IMG/VR virus record: IMGVR_UViG_3300050821_004652
Location: 5,085-69,084 of that record
Length of the DNA stretch: 64,000 nucleotides
Origin: a virus
Strand: one strand, 5' to 3'
Shown here: positions 26,201 to 34,952 of the stretch, in pieces
Position numbering within the stretch: the first letter of the stretch is position 1
Layout: each line of letters opens with the position of its first letter
Program-made: the position numbers and the translations under genes
Notes under the pieces: generated by a model
The model's input: the letters and a program-made list of their open reading frames with translations, nothing else
What the model was told of the DNA's origin: nothing
Database searches by the model: none

Positions 26201-29200
26201 ACGATCGAACACCTGTCGCACATCGTCGCTGATCGGCACGCCAAGTTGCTTGATCGTCTGGTAAATCTGCATCAGCCAGTTTTTGAACTGCGCAAAGACG
26301 TTTGCCAGCCCGGCCGACGGCGCGCGGCCTTCCCGGAGATACTGTTCGAACCAGTCTGCCATTTGCTCGTGATGCTTGTTCGTGACCTCGCTGCGGTCCT
26401 TCACGCCCAGGCGATCGTAGAGCGTTTGCACGTCATCCTTGATCTGCTGCGGCGCCTCCGGATGCTCGCTGTCCCGCATCAGTTGTTCAAAGAAATCGTG
26501 GCCAGTTTCGTGAATGAACGTGGAGGCGTCCGCCGTCTTCGCCAGCGTGATGATCGGCCGGGCCTGACCCTCGATAAACCGGATGCGGCCCTTCGCCCCC
26601 TGGAATAGCTCGCCCTGCTTCCGGCCTTCAGTATCGAACAGGCCGCCCGCCGGCGGAGGCGCGTTGCCGCCCTTTTTCAGCTTCTCCGGTGCAGCGGGCT
26701 TCGCCGGCGTTGCGCCGGCAAGAGGCTCGACGCCAGGGATGAGCGTTTGTGGCAAACCTTCCTGACCGGGCTCGACCTTGAGATCGCGCGGCGTCGTGAA
26801 TTCCGCCTTGTAGCTCGGAACCTTGTAGCCGTAATTCGCGTCGGACTGCTGGTAGACGCGCCGACCCTCTTTCGTCACGAGCATGCGCTGGCCGGTGGTT
26901 TCGTTCTGATAGACCGCATCGCCAATCAGGTTGTAGCCAATCGGTACGTCTTTTCCGGGGATCACCGGCGGCAACCTATCCTGCGATGAATTGGGCCGGC
27001 GCTGCTCGAACGTGCGCTCGATCGGCACGCCGGTGGCAGGCGTCAAGAACCCTTCTCCCGACGTGCCAGGGATCACCGGATTGACCGCGCGCTCCGCCCC
27101 AAAGACACGCTGCACCGTCGTTGCCGGCGCCGCGCGAGCCTGATCGGCTTCAAAAGCCTGGACGAACCCCCGGAGATTCGCCAGGACCAGGCTGTCCTCG
27201 CCATCTTCCTTGGCGATGGCGATTCGCTCTTCCCACTGATTGTAGAGCTCCCAGGCTCGGTCCAAGGCGACGTCGCGATGTTCACCCGGCTGCCGATTAT
27301 AGATCTTGGAGAGATCTTCCAGCGCGTCCGCCGACAGATTCTCGCGCTCTTTGAGATCGTCCAACGCCGTGCCTGCATCCTTCTCAAAGGCTGCCGTGCG
27401 CGCCAGGCGGTCGCGCTCATCGCCAGAACGACGCTCCGGCACTGCCTCGCCGGCCGCTTTCGCCCGCTTGCGCTCCGCCTTGTCCGCCTTCTGGAGGCGC
27501 GTTCTTTCCTCCTGCACGACCAGATCGAAGCCATGCGCGGGCCCTGGCCCACGGACCGGCGCAGCCGCGGCAGCAGCCGGCTCCTGTACCGCCGCAACCG
27601 GCGCCGCGGGTGACACCGCAGGGGGTGTTGACGGGGCCTCGACACCCCCCGGCGTGGCCGCGGCAACCGGCGGCTCATTCCCCGTGCGATCGGGCAGCCG
27701 CTCGAGCCCGACCAGCCAGTCCATCGAATTCTCGTCTTTGGGGATCTTCACAGGCGGAGTGAATTCGTATTGCGATAGGCCGGCCCCATCCAGCAGAAAC
27801 TTCCCATCCTCGAACTGGACGACCGTCAGGCCCTTGATCGGGCCGGCATTGACCTTGGCGCCGGGAAACCATCCCTCGAAACCCTTGGGAAGGGGGGTTT
27901 CCGCAGGGGTATTTGCCGGGGCTGCCGGGGTTTCCGCAGGGGCAGCGGCAGCCGGGGCGGTCTCCGGTGCCACCGCGGCTGGCGGCGCTGTAGCGGGCTC
28001 CGTAGCCGCAGGAGCAGCCGGCGCCGGCGGCGCGCGCCGACCGCCAGGACCGCGAATATCTGCCCCCTCCGCTCGGTAGAGCTCGAGCGGCGTCCCCAGC
28101 TTGCCTTGGAACATGGCCGCTCGCGTGGCGTAACGGTCCGCCAGGAGCCTTCCGGCGTGCTGGGCCTCATCCACCGGGCGCCCGGCCGCAACAAGCTGGC
28201 GCGCCACGTCCGCCGCGATGGTGGCCTTCTGGGCGTCGATCGAGGCGCCAACCTGGATGGGCGTAGGTGAAGTCTGTTCAGTTGAACCGCGAGTGAGGCG
28301 GGTCAATTCCATCAGATTTTCCCTGGAGGGATCATCCGCGTATTTCTGCCTTGCCGCGACGAGCGCCGCGTCATCGGCGGGAGCAGTAGGCGGCGGGACC
28401 GTGCCGCTGCCGATCGCCTCCTGGGCACGTCGGTAGGCCGGGGCGATCTCATCCCGCGCCATGTCCCGCATTTGCTCGTCGACCGCCATGAACCGCTGGC
28501 GGGCTTGGGTGATCTCCGACGTGTCCTGGCCGCGACCTTCAAGGTAGGCCTGCCGGCGAGCCAGCATCTCATCACTCTCGCGTTGAACGTCGCGAATTTG
28601 CGCCTTCAGCCGGCGAGCCTCCGGTCCGCCCGCGTAACCGTTGCGCTTGGCTACCCATTCGTCGAGTTGCGCCTGGAGCGCATTTCGCCGGTCGACGAGC
28701 GGCTGGATCATCTCGTCGGTCGGATTGCTCTGGCTGTTCACCCAATTCCGTAGCTCATCCCGCTGGGCGAACAGGGCATCGTACCGCTCGAAAAGCTCTG
28801 GCTCCATCCGCCGCGCGACGGCGGTAGGATCTGGCACGGCGCTCTGCGGATTGAGCACCTGTTGTTCGACGCGCGCCGCGTCCTGCGCCGTCATTTCTGC
28901 CGTCGGATCCTGCTTCTCGGTGCCCTGAAACACGCCTTCCGTGATGCCAGGGCCCATGACCTTCGAGTCACCGACCTCTGCGATCGTCGGGAAGCGGAAA
29001 TCCTGCGGCCCCGTTAGGGATGGCCCGGCGTACCGGGACAGCGCCTCGCCTACCTGCCGAACCGGCCCGGCGCCAACCTCGCTGATTCGCTGGCCCAACC
29101 GCGTCGGTTGGTTGAAAACCACGCCGAATCCGGTGCTGATCGCTACCTTGGTCCAGTCGACGTCACCGCGCTCCGCCTCTTGGGCGAGCTCCATGCCACC

Positions 29201-29794
29201 CATGAGACCGCCGCCGAACAAGCGGCCGGTCACCGGATTGGCAAGGATGCGCTGGAGCGCCGTGGCATTCTCCGGAAGCACGGCTTTGCCCAGACCACCA
29301 GGCCGCATCGTCGCAGCGTAGGGGATCATCCCGCCGATGAACGTGCCAACCGGATGCTGTGCTTCATCGAGCCGTTGCTGGCGATCGTCCATGCCCAGCG
29401 CGTCGCGCCATGAATCGGGCATTTGCCGCAGCGCCCAGTCCTGTGCTTTGTCGATCGCCCAGCTACCACCGAACATGCCGGCGATGCCGCCCGCGATCGT
29501 GCCGCCCGCAATCGTGAACGGCTCCGCCGGGGGAAAGAGCGCACCGACCGCCGCGCCCAGACCGGCGCCCGCTTCCGCGCCCGCGGCCGCGCCGACCAGG
29601 CCGCCCGCGGCCGGCGCCGTCGATCGCACCGCGCTTCGGGCCATGGCGCCGCCCAGCGAAGCGTGGGGCGCCGCTACGCCGCCATTTGCTTTGACCAGAT
29701 CCGCAAACGGATCGTTGGGATCGGACTCGCCGTTGCCTTGGCGAACCAGATCACCAAACGGATCGTCGACCGGAGCGGCGTTAGGGTCGGCCAT
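23207..29794 (-). CDS. Large internal virion/ejection protein (2195 aa)
   Basis: Last gene of the tail module; internal TFIHETGH zincin-like motif; C-terminal PRRDIWG. Confidence 0.75.
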   Translation of the reverse strand: MADPNAAPVDDPFGDLVRQGNGESDPNDPFADLVKANGGVAAPHASLGGAMARSAVRSTAPAAGGLVGAAAGAEAGAGLGAAVGALFPPAEPFTIAGGTIAGGIAGMFGGSWAIDKAQDWALRQMPDSWRDALGMDDRQQRLDEAQHPVGTFIGGMIPYAATMRPGGLGKAVLPENATALQRILANPVTGRLFGGGLMGGMELAQEAERGDVDWTKVAISTGFGVVFNQPTRLGQRISEVGAGPVRQVGEALSRYAGPSLTGPQDFRFPTIAEVGDSKVMGPGITEGVFQGTEKQDPTAEMTAQDAARVEQQVLNPQSAVPDPTAVARRMEPELFERYDALFAQRDELRNWVNSQSNPTDEMIQPLVDRRNALQAQLDEWVAKRNGYAGGPEARRLKAQIRDVQRESDEMLARRQAYLEGRGQDTSEITQARQRFMAVDEQMRDMARDEIAPAYRRAQEAIGSGTVPPPTAPADDAALVAARQKYADDPSRENLMELTRLTRGSTEQTSPTPIQVGASIDAQKATIAADVARQLVAAGRPVDEAQHAGRLLADRYATRAAMFQGKLGTPLELYRAEGADIRGPGGRRAPPAPAAPAATEPATAPPAAVAPETAPAAAAPAETPAAPANTPAETPLPKGFEGWFPGAKVNAGPIKGLTVVQFEDGKFLLDGAGLSQYEFTPPVKIPKDENSMDWLVGLERLPDRTGNEPPVAAATPGGVEAPSTPPAVSPAAPVAAVQEPAAAAAAPVRGPGPAHGFDLVVQEERTRLQKADKAERKRAKAAGEAVPERRSGDERDRLARTAAFEKDAGTALDDLKERENLSADALEDLSKIYNRQPGEHRDVALDRAWELYNQWEERIAIAKEDGEDSLVLANLRGFVQAFEADQARAAPATTVQRVFGAERAVNPVIPGTSGEGFLTPATGVPIERTFEQRRPNSSQDRLPPVIPGKDVPIGYNLIGDAVYQNETTGQRMLVTKEGRRVYQQSDANYGYKVPSYKAEFTTPRDLKVEPGQEGLPQTLIPGVEPLAGATPAKPAAPEKLKKGGNAPPPAGGLFDTEGRKQGELFQGAKGRIRFIEGQARPIITLAKTADASTFIHETGHDFFEQLMRDSEHPEAPQQIKDDVQTLYDRLGVKDRSEVTNKHHEQMADWFEQYLREGRAPSAGLANVFAQFKNWLMQIYQTIKQLGVPISDDVRQVFDRMLAEEPKPTVIAPETKRGPNLADVLTGDAKFTEPVEAAAVADRAAAEIERTVAEPPPRVANEIQAAVAQVEQAAAANAGGEVGAGATEPGQVGAGGQPAAVEPGGGGVGENGSAKLRGGDETKREGTNVPGSEQRPGAGGTAEPPLATRPATVFGSEESPLVDKAGNIRLENLTNVEDVREAMRQSARANNDFIGDRRGVVTPGQVMDLADAIGMEGAQGLVDRWVRGQAFNAEEVVALRRLAIESATDVAAKMRDAARDGAGDDAVLAYAEARDRHKMIQATLSGATAEAGRALRAFRNMTEEGGADLNEFMKQATGRTLFQMREEARLGSQYMTPEQTSKFIRDTSKRGFGRMVLEYWINGLISGPATHTTYSVGNLILAIQKAGPETAAAAGIGAIRKAFGREGETVRIGEVGAQLRAALRSGPSALQATLDSLNTGVTTMLPGETRNMAMPFQPGATLAVPAMLNEAAKASDVMGSLFGVVRGMRDAFIASDALQKARAAGEVGLFGTEYSSTGAIPNLRVGDVMLPTGTTIRLPGRGVAAIHSFFRASNYSMDLAAQAYRKASNEGLTGAAFDARVADLRQNPPPDMMARARENATELTLMGQGSEWTQKLSRLTNHEFNLPLLGPTQLLKFVDPFVHISSNVIDQSIIKRTPVGLFSSELRADLMGKNGNIAQDRAQARMLMGTAFAVTIGALAAEGLASGSGPSDPRESAMWRLAGNQAHSVRVGDFWYDTHRLGPMGMLMGIGADMYEAAHLANEGEFQKAAAHFGHAITQNILDESFMRGPADLIRAVEDSDRYGEAWIRNFASSFIPFSVGEGQEARAIDPYSREARTVVDAMRAKIPWESENLLPRRDIWGNEMPTRAALAGAGISAIYMQHVGTDPVNQEMVKLGLHPGPVARTIRGVELTPQQHDDFARIAGRMAKSRLDMMVRSPQWRTFPPESRSLVIRETVKQSREAARGAIIAKDPTIIQKAQALKHDKFKHIEAEPPDF

Positions 29795-32577
29795 CAGTGG
29801 ACCGTGGGGGGAACATCTTTTTCCAGGAAATCGTGCAGCAGCTTATAGCGCGCTTCGGCCGTCGCCTCATCCGGGTAGGACGGGAATTTGTCCATGCCCT
29901 CTTTCCTGGCACGCTCGGCTGCCGCATCCGGCGAAATGATCTTGTTGTCCCAAACGGTCGGGATCACGTAGGTTTTCCCATCGACCTCAATCGTCGCCGC
30001 CAACAGGGAAGACGTCTTGCCGTCCGGACGCTTCACACCGCCTTGAGCCAGGTTGCCAAGGTGGTGCTGGTAGAGGTTCTTTTCCTCCGGCGTCAGGTGC
30101 AGCACCTTATCCGCCTCATACATATTCGCTTCCCGATTTACCGGAACCGTCGGCTTGGCTGGCGGCGCAGCCGCTGGCGCCGCCCCTGCCGGCGGCATTC
30201 CCGGCACGCCGCTCGGTTCGCCAGGCACCGCAGATTCCGCGGATCGCCGCTGCAAGCGATCGAGAATGTCCTTCGCGCTATAACCACCCGCCCCGAAGTG
30301 GTTGTCGAAATACTGCTGTGCCTGCGGCGTTGGATTCTGCCGCAGTCGATTGATGATCTCGGTCCACACCGGGATTGGAAACTCCTGGCCGGACGCATTG
30401 ATCGGGGGATGGCTGATCAGCGTGTTCCAGGTGTCGGTATTAATGCCCTCCGGCGGCGGCGGAATGGGGGCGCGTGGCACCACCGCAACCTCACCGCTGG
30501 CCTTGAGCTTGTCCGCTTCCATTTGAGCCTTCGGACGCATCCCGTCGACCAGCTTGTCGACGTTCTCTTGGGTGAGAAATTTCCACGGATCGCCGCCGCC
30601 CTTCATCCAGGCGTCATAGGCACTCAAAAATTGCGGCACGAATTTGCCACTAAAGATGCGCTCACCGACCGGATCCTTGAGACCGGGCATGCCGGGGATC
30701 TCACTTTCCGTCTGAAACGAAAGCCGTTTCTTGGCATAGGTCATAAGAGACTGTTGCGCTTGCGCGACGCTATGATCGTTCACGCTCCGCTGGGTTTCCT
30801 TGACGGTAGCCAAGAGGTTTTGAGCGCCGGCCAGGGTGAGGTTTCCCCCAGGCCCAGCCATGGCAAGAATATCGCTCGGTTCGGAGAGGCGATTCGGATC
30901 ACCCACGGGCAGCAGGATGCGCTTGCGCGCTTCCCAGAAGCCGTCGCCATAAACCTGTGACGCCTGCTCGACGTCGCCCTTGAGATGCTTCGTCAACGCG
31001 TCGTCCAGGGCGAGCTTCGTGTGGCCCTCGAGCCGCGGGTCGTTGGCGATCTTCTGGCGCATGGACACATCCGGAGCCGTCAGCATTTGCGTGACGTACT
31101 CGTTGGTCGCCGCGTCGTTGGCGTCCTTCTTGGCCTTCGCGTCGGCCAGCGATGCGGTTTCGGCTGCCCGATAGCGTCGCTCGATATTGCGCTCGGCAAG
31201 ATCCTTCTGCTTGTCGGTCATGCCGCTCGATTCGACCGAGTTGATCGCATTGGCTTTGGCTTTGATCGGATCAATCAGGCCCAGGCGCTGCGCTTTGTCC
31301 GCCACGTAAGTGGAGACTTTCGTGTGGTTGCCGTCTTCCTTGTCGATCACCCACGGAATAGGCGAGCCCGGAGGCGACACATTGCCGGGACCGGAGAAAT
31401 AGGCGACTGCGGTCCGCGCCCAGTCGCCATTGTATTTGTCCATGTAGTAATCGGTGATGCGGCGGCTCACCCGCGCATTGTCCGCCTTGTTGACGATGCT
31501 TTCGCCAGGCTTGGCAAACTGCGCAAACGTGCCCGGCGTGATCTGACCGATGCCTTGAGCGTTGTCGACCGACACCTTGAGCGTTCCGTCCGGATTGGTG
31601 TGCTGCCCTCCGGATTCTCCGCCGATCGTCGCCCGGCTCATCGCATCCTTGGTGACCGGCTGGCCGCCTTCCAATGGCGTGTACGGCGCCGCTATCGCAT
31701 TCGCCACGGCACCGTGAGCGAAGTCCTCGCCAATCTTCTCGTCCGCTCGTGTACGAACGTGATCGGCCAGAATGTGATAGTCGGTCCCAAGCTGGGCCTT
31801 GTACTTAGGCTCTTCGATCATGCGCTGCGCGCGCACCGGATCAGTCGCGGCGATCGACAGAATTTGCGCCTTCGTCGCTTCCTTCAAGCCAAGCTGCTTG
31901 GCCTCTTCGTACATCGCATCGCCAGGCTGCGCGCCCTGGAGTTGGGCGAGCTTCACATGCGCGCTGACGATGGCGGCGCCGGTGCTCCGGACGATATTCG
32001 GATCGTTCGGATTGGCTGACAGCATGTCGAGGTTGGTCTTGATCTCGCTCTGTGCCGTGCCGACGGCGAAGGCGTTCCCTTGCGTGTCAGCGTGCGTGCC
32101 CATTTGGCTCGAGATCACCGCACGCAGACGCCGCGAGAAGTTGTCGAATCGAAGCTGCGAATCCGGGGACCACAGATTGCCGCGCGCGTCCGTCAGCAAC
32201 TTGTCCAGCCGTTGCTCGTAATCCGCCCGCTGATCGAGCGCCGCTTTGCCCTTCAGACCGAGATAGCCAAGGTTGGGCGTACCGTCCGGATTCGGATTGT
32301 TCGGATCGCCATGAAGCAGCTTGTTCGCCGCGTCCTGGAATTGATTCGAAACGTAGTCCGCCGAGATCTCGCCCCAGTGCTCGGACGTTTGCGTAAGCTG
32401 CCGGCCGGCCCCCTGGATCTCCTGGCCCGCCTCTTGCGCAAACATCGCTGGCGTCTGGTTGACCTTCAACTCCGGCAGATTCGGCGCGCGGCCGGGCTGC
32501 AAGCGCTGATAGGGCGCCGGGACGCTTTCCGAGGGATTGCGCGTCGGGATGCCGGCGGTATCGGGATTGGTCGCCAT
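29794..32577 (-). CDS. Internal virion protein with lytic transglycosylase domain
   Basis: GESGG...AQGIGQITPGTF...AVAYFSGPG. Confidence 0.75.
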   Translation of the reverse strand: MATNPDTAGIPTRNPSESVPAPYQRLQPGRAPNLPELKVNQTPAMFAQEAGQEIQGAGRQLTQTSEHWGEISADYVSNQFQDAANKLLHGDPNNPNPDGTPNLGYLGLKGKAALDQRADYEQRLDKLLTDARGNLWSPDSQLRFDNFSRRLRAVISSQMGTHADTQGNAFAVGTAQSEIKTNLDMLSANPNDPNIVRSTGAAIVSAHVKLAQLQGAQPGDAMYEEAKQLGLKEATKAQILSIAATDPVRAQRMIEEPKYKAQLGTDYHILADHVRTRADEKIGEDFAHGAVANAIAAPYTPLEGGQPVTKDAMSRATIGGESGGQHTNPDGTLKVSVDNAQGIGQITPGTFAQFAKPGESIVNKADNARVSRRITDYYMDKYNGDWARTAVAYFSGPGNVSPPGSPIPWVIDKEDGNHTKVSTYVADKAQRLGLIDPIKAKANAINSVESSGMTDKQKDLAERNIERRYRAAETASLADAKAKKDANDAATNEYVTQMLTAPDVSMRQKIANDPRLEGHTKLALDDALTKHLKGDVEQASQVYGDGFWEARKRILLPVGDPNRLSEPSDILAMAGPGGNLTLAGAQNLLATVKETQRSVNDHSVAQAQQSLMTYAKKRLSFQTESEIPGMPGLKDPVGERIFSGKFVPQFLSAYDAWMKGGGDPWKFLTQENVDKLVDGMRPKAQMEADKLKASGEVAVVPRAPIPPPPEGINTDTWNTLISHPPINASGQEFPIPVWTEIINRLRQNPTPQAQQYFDNHFGAGGYSAKDILDRLQRRSAESAVPGEPSGVPGMPPAGAAPAAAPPAKPTVPVNREANMYEADKVLHLTPEEKNLYQHHLGNLAQGGVKRPDGKTSSLLAATIEVDGKTYVIPTVWDNKIISPDAAAERARKEGMDKFPSYPDEATAEARYKLLHDFLEKDVPPTVH

Positions 32578-32581
32578 CAGA

Positions 32582-33400
32582 TTAAACCGCGGTCAAGATG
32601 CCGCCGAGATCCGCCGGCACATAAGAGCCACCAGCGCCAGTGCCGACAGGACCGCTTGCGGTCACAGTAGGCGTCGCGCCGGAACTATCGCTGCCAAAGC
32701 CGGTGAACTTCAGAGGCAGTGACGAAGCACTGTTCAACAGCGACGCCACGCCCCCGATTTGCGTACCCTCCGCCGCCAGGCCAGCGCCTTGCTGGATAGC
32801 CGGAATCTCACCCTGCTCGAACGTCGCCTGCCCGTAGAGCTCTTCGGCATTGGTCGCCAGCAATTGCGATTCCGAAGTCTCAAGCCCGGCCTGTGCCTCA
32901 TATGTGCCGGCCGTGGTGTTGTAGCCCCAGTCTTGCAGCTTGGCGTCGGATAGCGCCGTTTCCGCATCGAGTTGCGCCGCCCGCGCCGCATCCGATCGCA
33001 CGGCCACCGCGGACCCGGTGTTGACGTCGATATTGTTCGCCGCGGTATTGGCCTTGATCTTGCCGACCGTTGCCGCGCCCTTCAGTCCGGTATTCGCGGC
33101 AGTGACTTCGCCCGCCTGCACCACGCGCGCGCCGGCCATTTGTGCGATCTTCGCATTGTTTTGTGCCACGACGGCCTGGTAGGCGGCCACCTGCGACTGG
33201 TATTCGGACTGGTTGCCGGCGTAGGTCGTCGCGTAGGTTTGCTCCTGCTGCTGCTCGCCCTGGAGCTCACCTTGGAGAAGCTGACCTTGCGCCTTGATAC
33301 CGGCACCGGACGCGCCCGCGGCCGCGCCGGCGATACCTGAAATCGCACTAATGCCGCTCAGACCGAGACCGATAGCAGAGGCTGTGGAGACGCCCGACAT
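32582..33400 (-). CDS. Internal virion protein (T7 gp14-like)
   Basis: Ala/Gly-rich; AYQAVVAQNNA..A, AANNIDVNTGSA. Confidence 0.7.
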   Translation of the reverse strand: MSGVSTASAIGLGLSGISAISGIAGAAAGASGAGIKAQGQLLQGELQGEQQQEQTYATTYAGNQSEYQSQVAAYQAVVAQNNAKIAQMAGARVVQAGEVTAANTGLKGAATVGKIKANTAANNIDVNTGSAVAVRSDAARAAQLDAETALSDAKLQDWGYNTTAGTYEAQAGLETSESQLLATNAEELYGQATFEQGEIPAIQQGAGLAAEGTQIGGVASLLNSASSLPLKFTGFGSDSSGATPTVTASGPVGTGAGGSYVPADLGGILTAV

Positions 33401-33402
33401 GC

Positions 33403-33861
33403 TTATTCTCCCGTGATCAGGATAGTGTTCATATCGTCGCGATGCGACGCCAGGAGATCATATTCGTCAGTGAATTCACGCTCCGCCTCTTCCACCGTTC
33501 GAACCTTTGTCGGAAACATCATCGTGAGATAGGTGTCCGCCAGCGCCACGAAGATCTGCTTGCGGCCTGCACTGGCGCACAATTCGCAGTACCCAGTGTA
33601 GCGCACCCAATCGCTTCCCAGGAAAACCACCGCATCGCCGCACAGGATCAATGACGTCGCAATTTTCATCAGGACGCCCGTGATCATAACTCCGGCCGGA
33701 ATGAAAACCGTCCGGCGATAAATGCCGTTGTGGAAGATATGCGACGTTCTGATGCCGACTTGCGGCCTTTGGCCATTCCACGCCTCGACTTCACGCACCA
33801 CGTCGATCACTTCCGGCGGCATGGCCGGAACAATCTGATTCAGGCTGACGAGATCACCCAT
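33403..33861 (-). CDS. Cupin-like phage protein
   Basis: HIFHNGIYRRTVFIPAGVMITG...AGRKQ. Confidence 0.65.
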   Translation of the reverse strand: MGDLVSLNQIVPAMPPEVIDVVREVEAWNGQRPQVGIRTSHIFHNGIYRRTVFIPAGVMITGVLMKIATSLILCGDAVVFLGSDWVRYTGYCELCASAGRKQIFVALADTYLTMMFPTKVRTVEEAEREFTDEYDLLASHRDDMNTILITGE

Positions 33862-34309
33862 ACGTCACCTGTTTAAAGAAGACCCGGTTGGTCTCCGCAT
33901 AGCCCACCCGCGGCAAGACTTCCGACAAGGCCCCACCGAATGGCGCACTCACCAGCAGCCGGCCACCGGCGTGCTGCGCTGCAATTGCTTCTGCCACCCG
34001 AAGGAGCCGCAGCCCAGCACCAGACATGCGATGCGCGCTTCCTACGAAGAATGCTTCCGTGACCGCAACCATAATGCTGTATTTCGGCAAAACCGTTGTC
34101 AGAACGAGCACGAATCCGACCAAGCGCTCATCGATCACAGAAATACGTGTGTGCAGCACTCCCATCTCGCAAAGCTGGCGATACCGGCGTGGATCGAATT
34201 GCGGCGCCGGCATGCCGGGGATACGCCCTTCTTCGGCATATTCCGCCACGAGCTCCGGATATCCGGCAAGCGCTTCTAGCTCAAGGAAAGTACATTTATG
34301 GATGGTCAT
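33854..34309 (-). CDS. GNAT-family acetyltransferase
   Basis: FFVGSAHRMSGAGLRLLRVAE. Confidence 0.75.
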   Translation of the reverse strand: MTIHKCTFLELEALAGYPELVAEYAEEGRIPGMPAPQFDPRRYRQLCEMGVLHTRISVIDERLVGFVLVLTTVLPKYSIMVAVTEAFFVGSAHRMSGAGLRLLRVAEAIAAQHAGGRLLVSAPFGGALSEVLPRVGYAETNRVFFKQVTYG

Positions 34310-34410
34310 TCTTTTTTCGCCGACTTCGGTGGCTGCGGCTTCGGCTTTGCCGGATAGAGCCCCGGCCTGCGATAGAAGCCGACCGGCGGCGCTTTGCTGG
34401 GTTTCACCAT
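34306..34410 (-). CDS. Small basic Pro/Lys-rich peptide (34 aa)
   Basis: Fills the gap, overlapping both neighbours: MVKPSKAPPVGFYRRPGLYPAKPKPQPPKSAKKE. Confidence 0.4.
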   Translation of the reverse strand: MVKPSKAPPVGFYRRPGLYPAKPKPQPPKSAKKE

Positions 34411-34952
34411 GGCAGACTCGCTTCCGAATAGCCCATTTGGATGCCTAGCCCCAAACCTGTGGGGATCAGCAGATCAGGATTCGTTTTCAGTTCCAGCACC
34501 AGGCGGCGCCGTCCGCGCGACGAGAAAGCCGGCGCACCAGGAGTAGCCGGCGGCCCGACGTAAAACCCAAGGAACGCCGCCAGGCGCAACGCTTCATCGT
34601 GGCCGTCGATCACGGTCGTTTCCAGCACCCGCTTGGACGCCATCATCGCGTCGAGTTGCCGGCGCGTCTCACGAAGAAACGCCACCGGATACTCCGCGCC
34701 CTTGTTCGAGATCACCAGCCAAACGTAACCGCACGGCTCCAACCATCCTCCGGTCACCCCGAATAGCGCACCGATCTCTCCATCGATCATCCAGGTCCGC
34801 TTGAATTCCGACAGGTTGAACAAATGGATGAGCCGATGGTGCATGCTGGCGCCCGTGCGTTCCAGCGCCTCGCGCTGTTGCGGCCGCAGCCGGCGGCTGA
34901 TCTGACCGCAATGGTACCTTTTGGCGGGAATTATCTCGAACCGGGGGCTCAT
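34404..34952 (-). CDS. T7 gp13-like (GNAT-fold) virion assembly protein
   Basis: LRPQQREAL...ALFGV...YVWL...ALRLAAFLGF; position after the nozzle gene. Confidence 0.6.
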   Translation of the reverse strand: MSPRFEIIPAKRYHCGQISRRLRPQQREALERTGASMHHRLIHLFNLSEFKRTWMIDGEIGALFGVTGGWLEPCGYVWLVISNKGAEYPVAFLRETRRQLDAMMASKRVLETTVIDGHDEALRLAAFLGFYVGPPATPGAPAFSSRGRRRLVLELKTNPDLLIPTGLGLGIQMGYSEASLPW

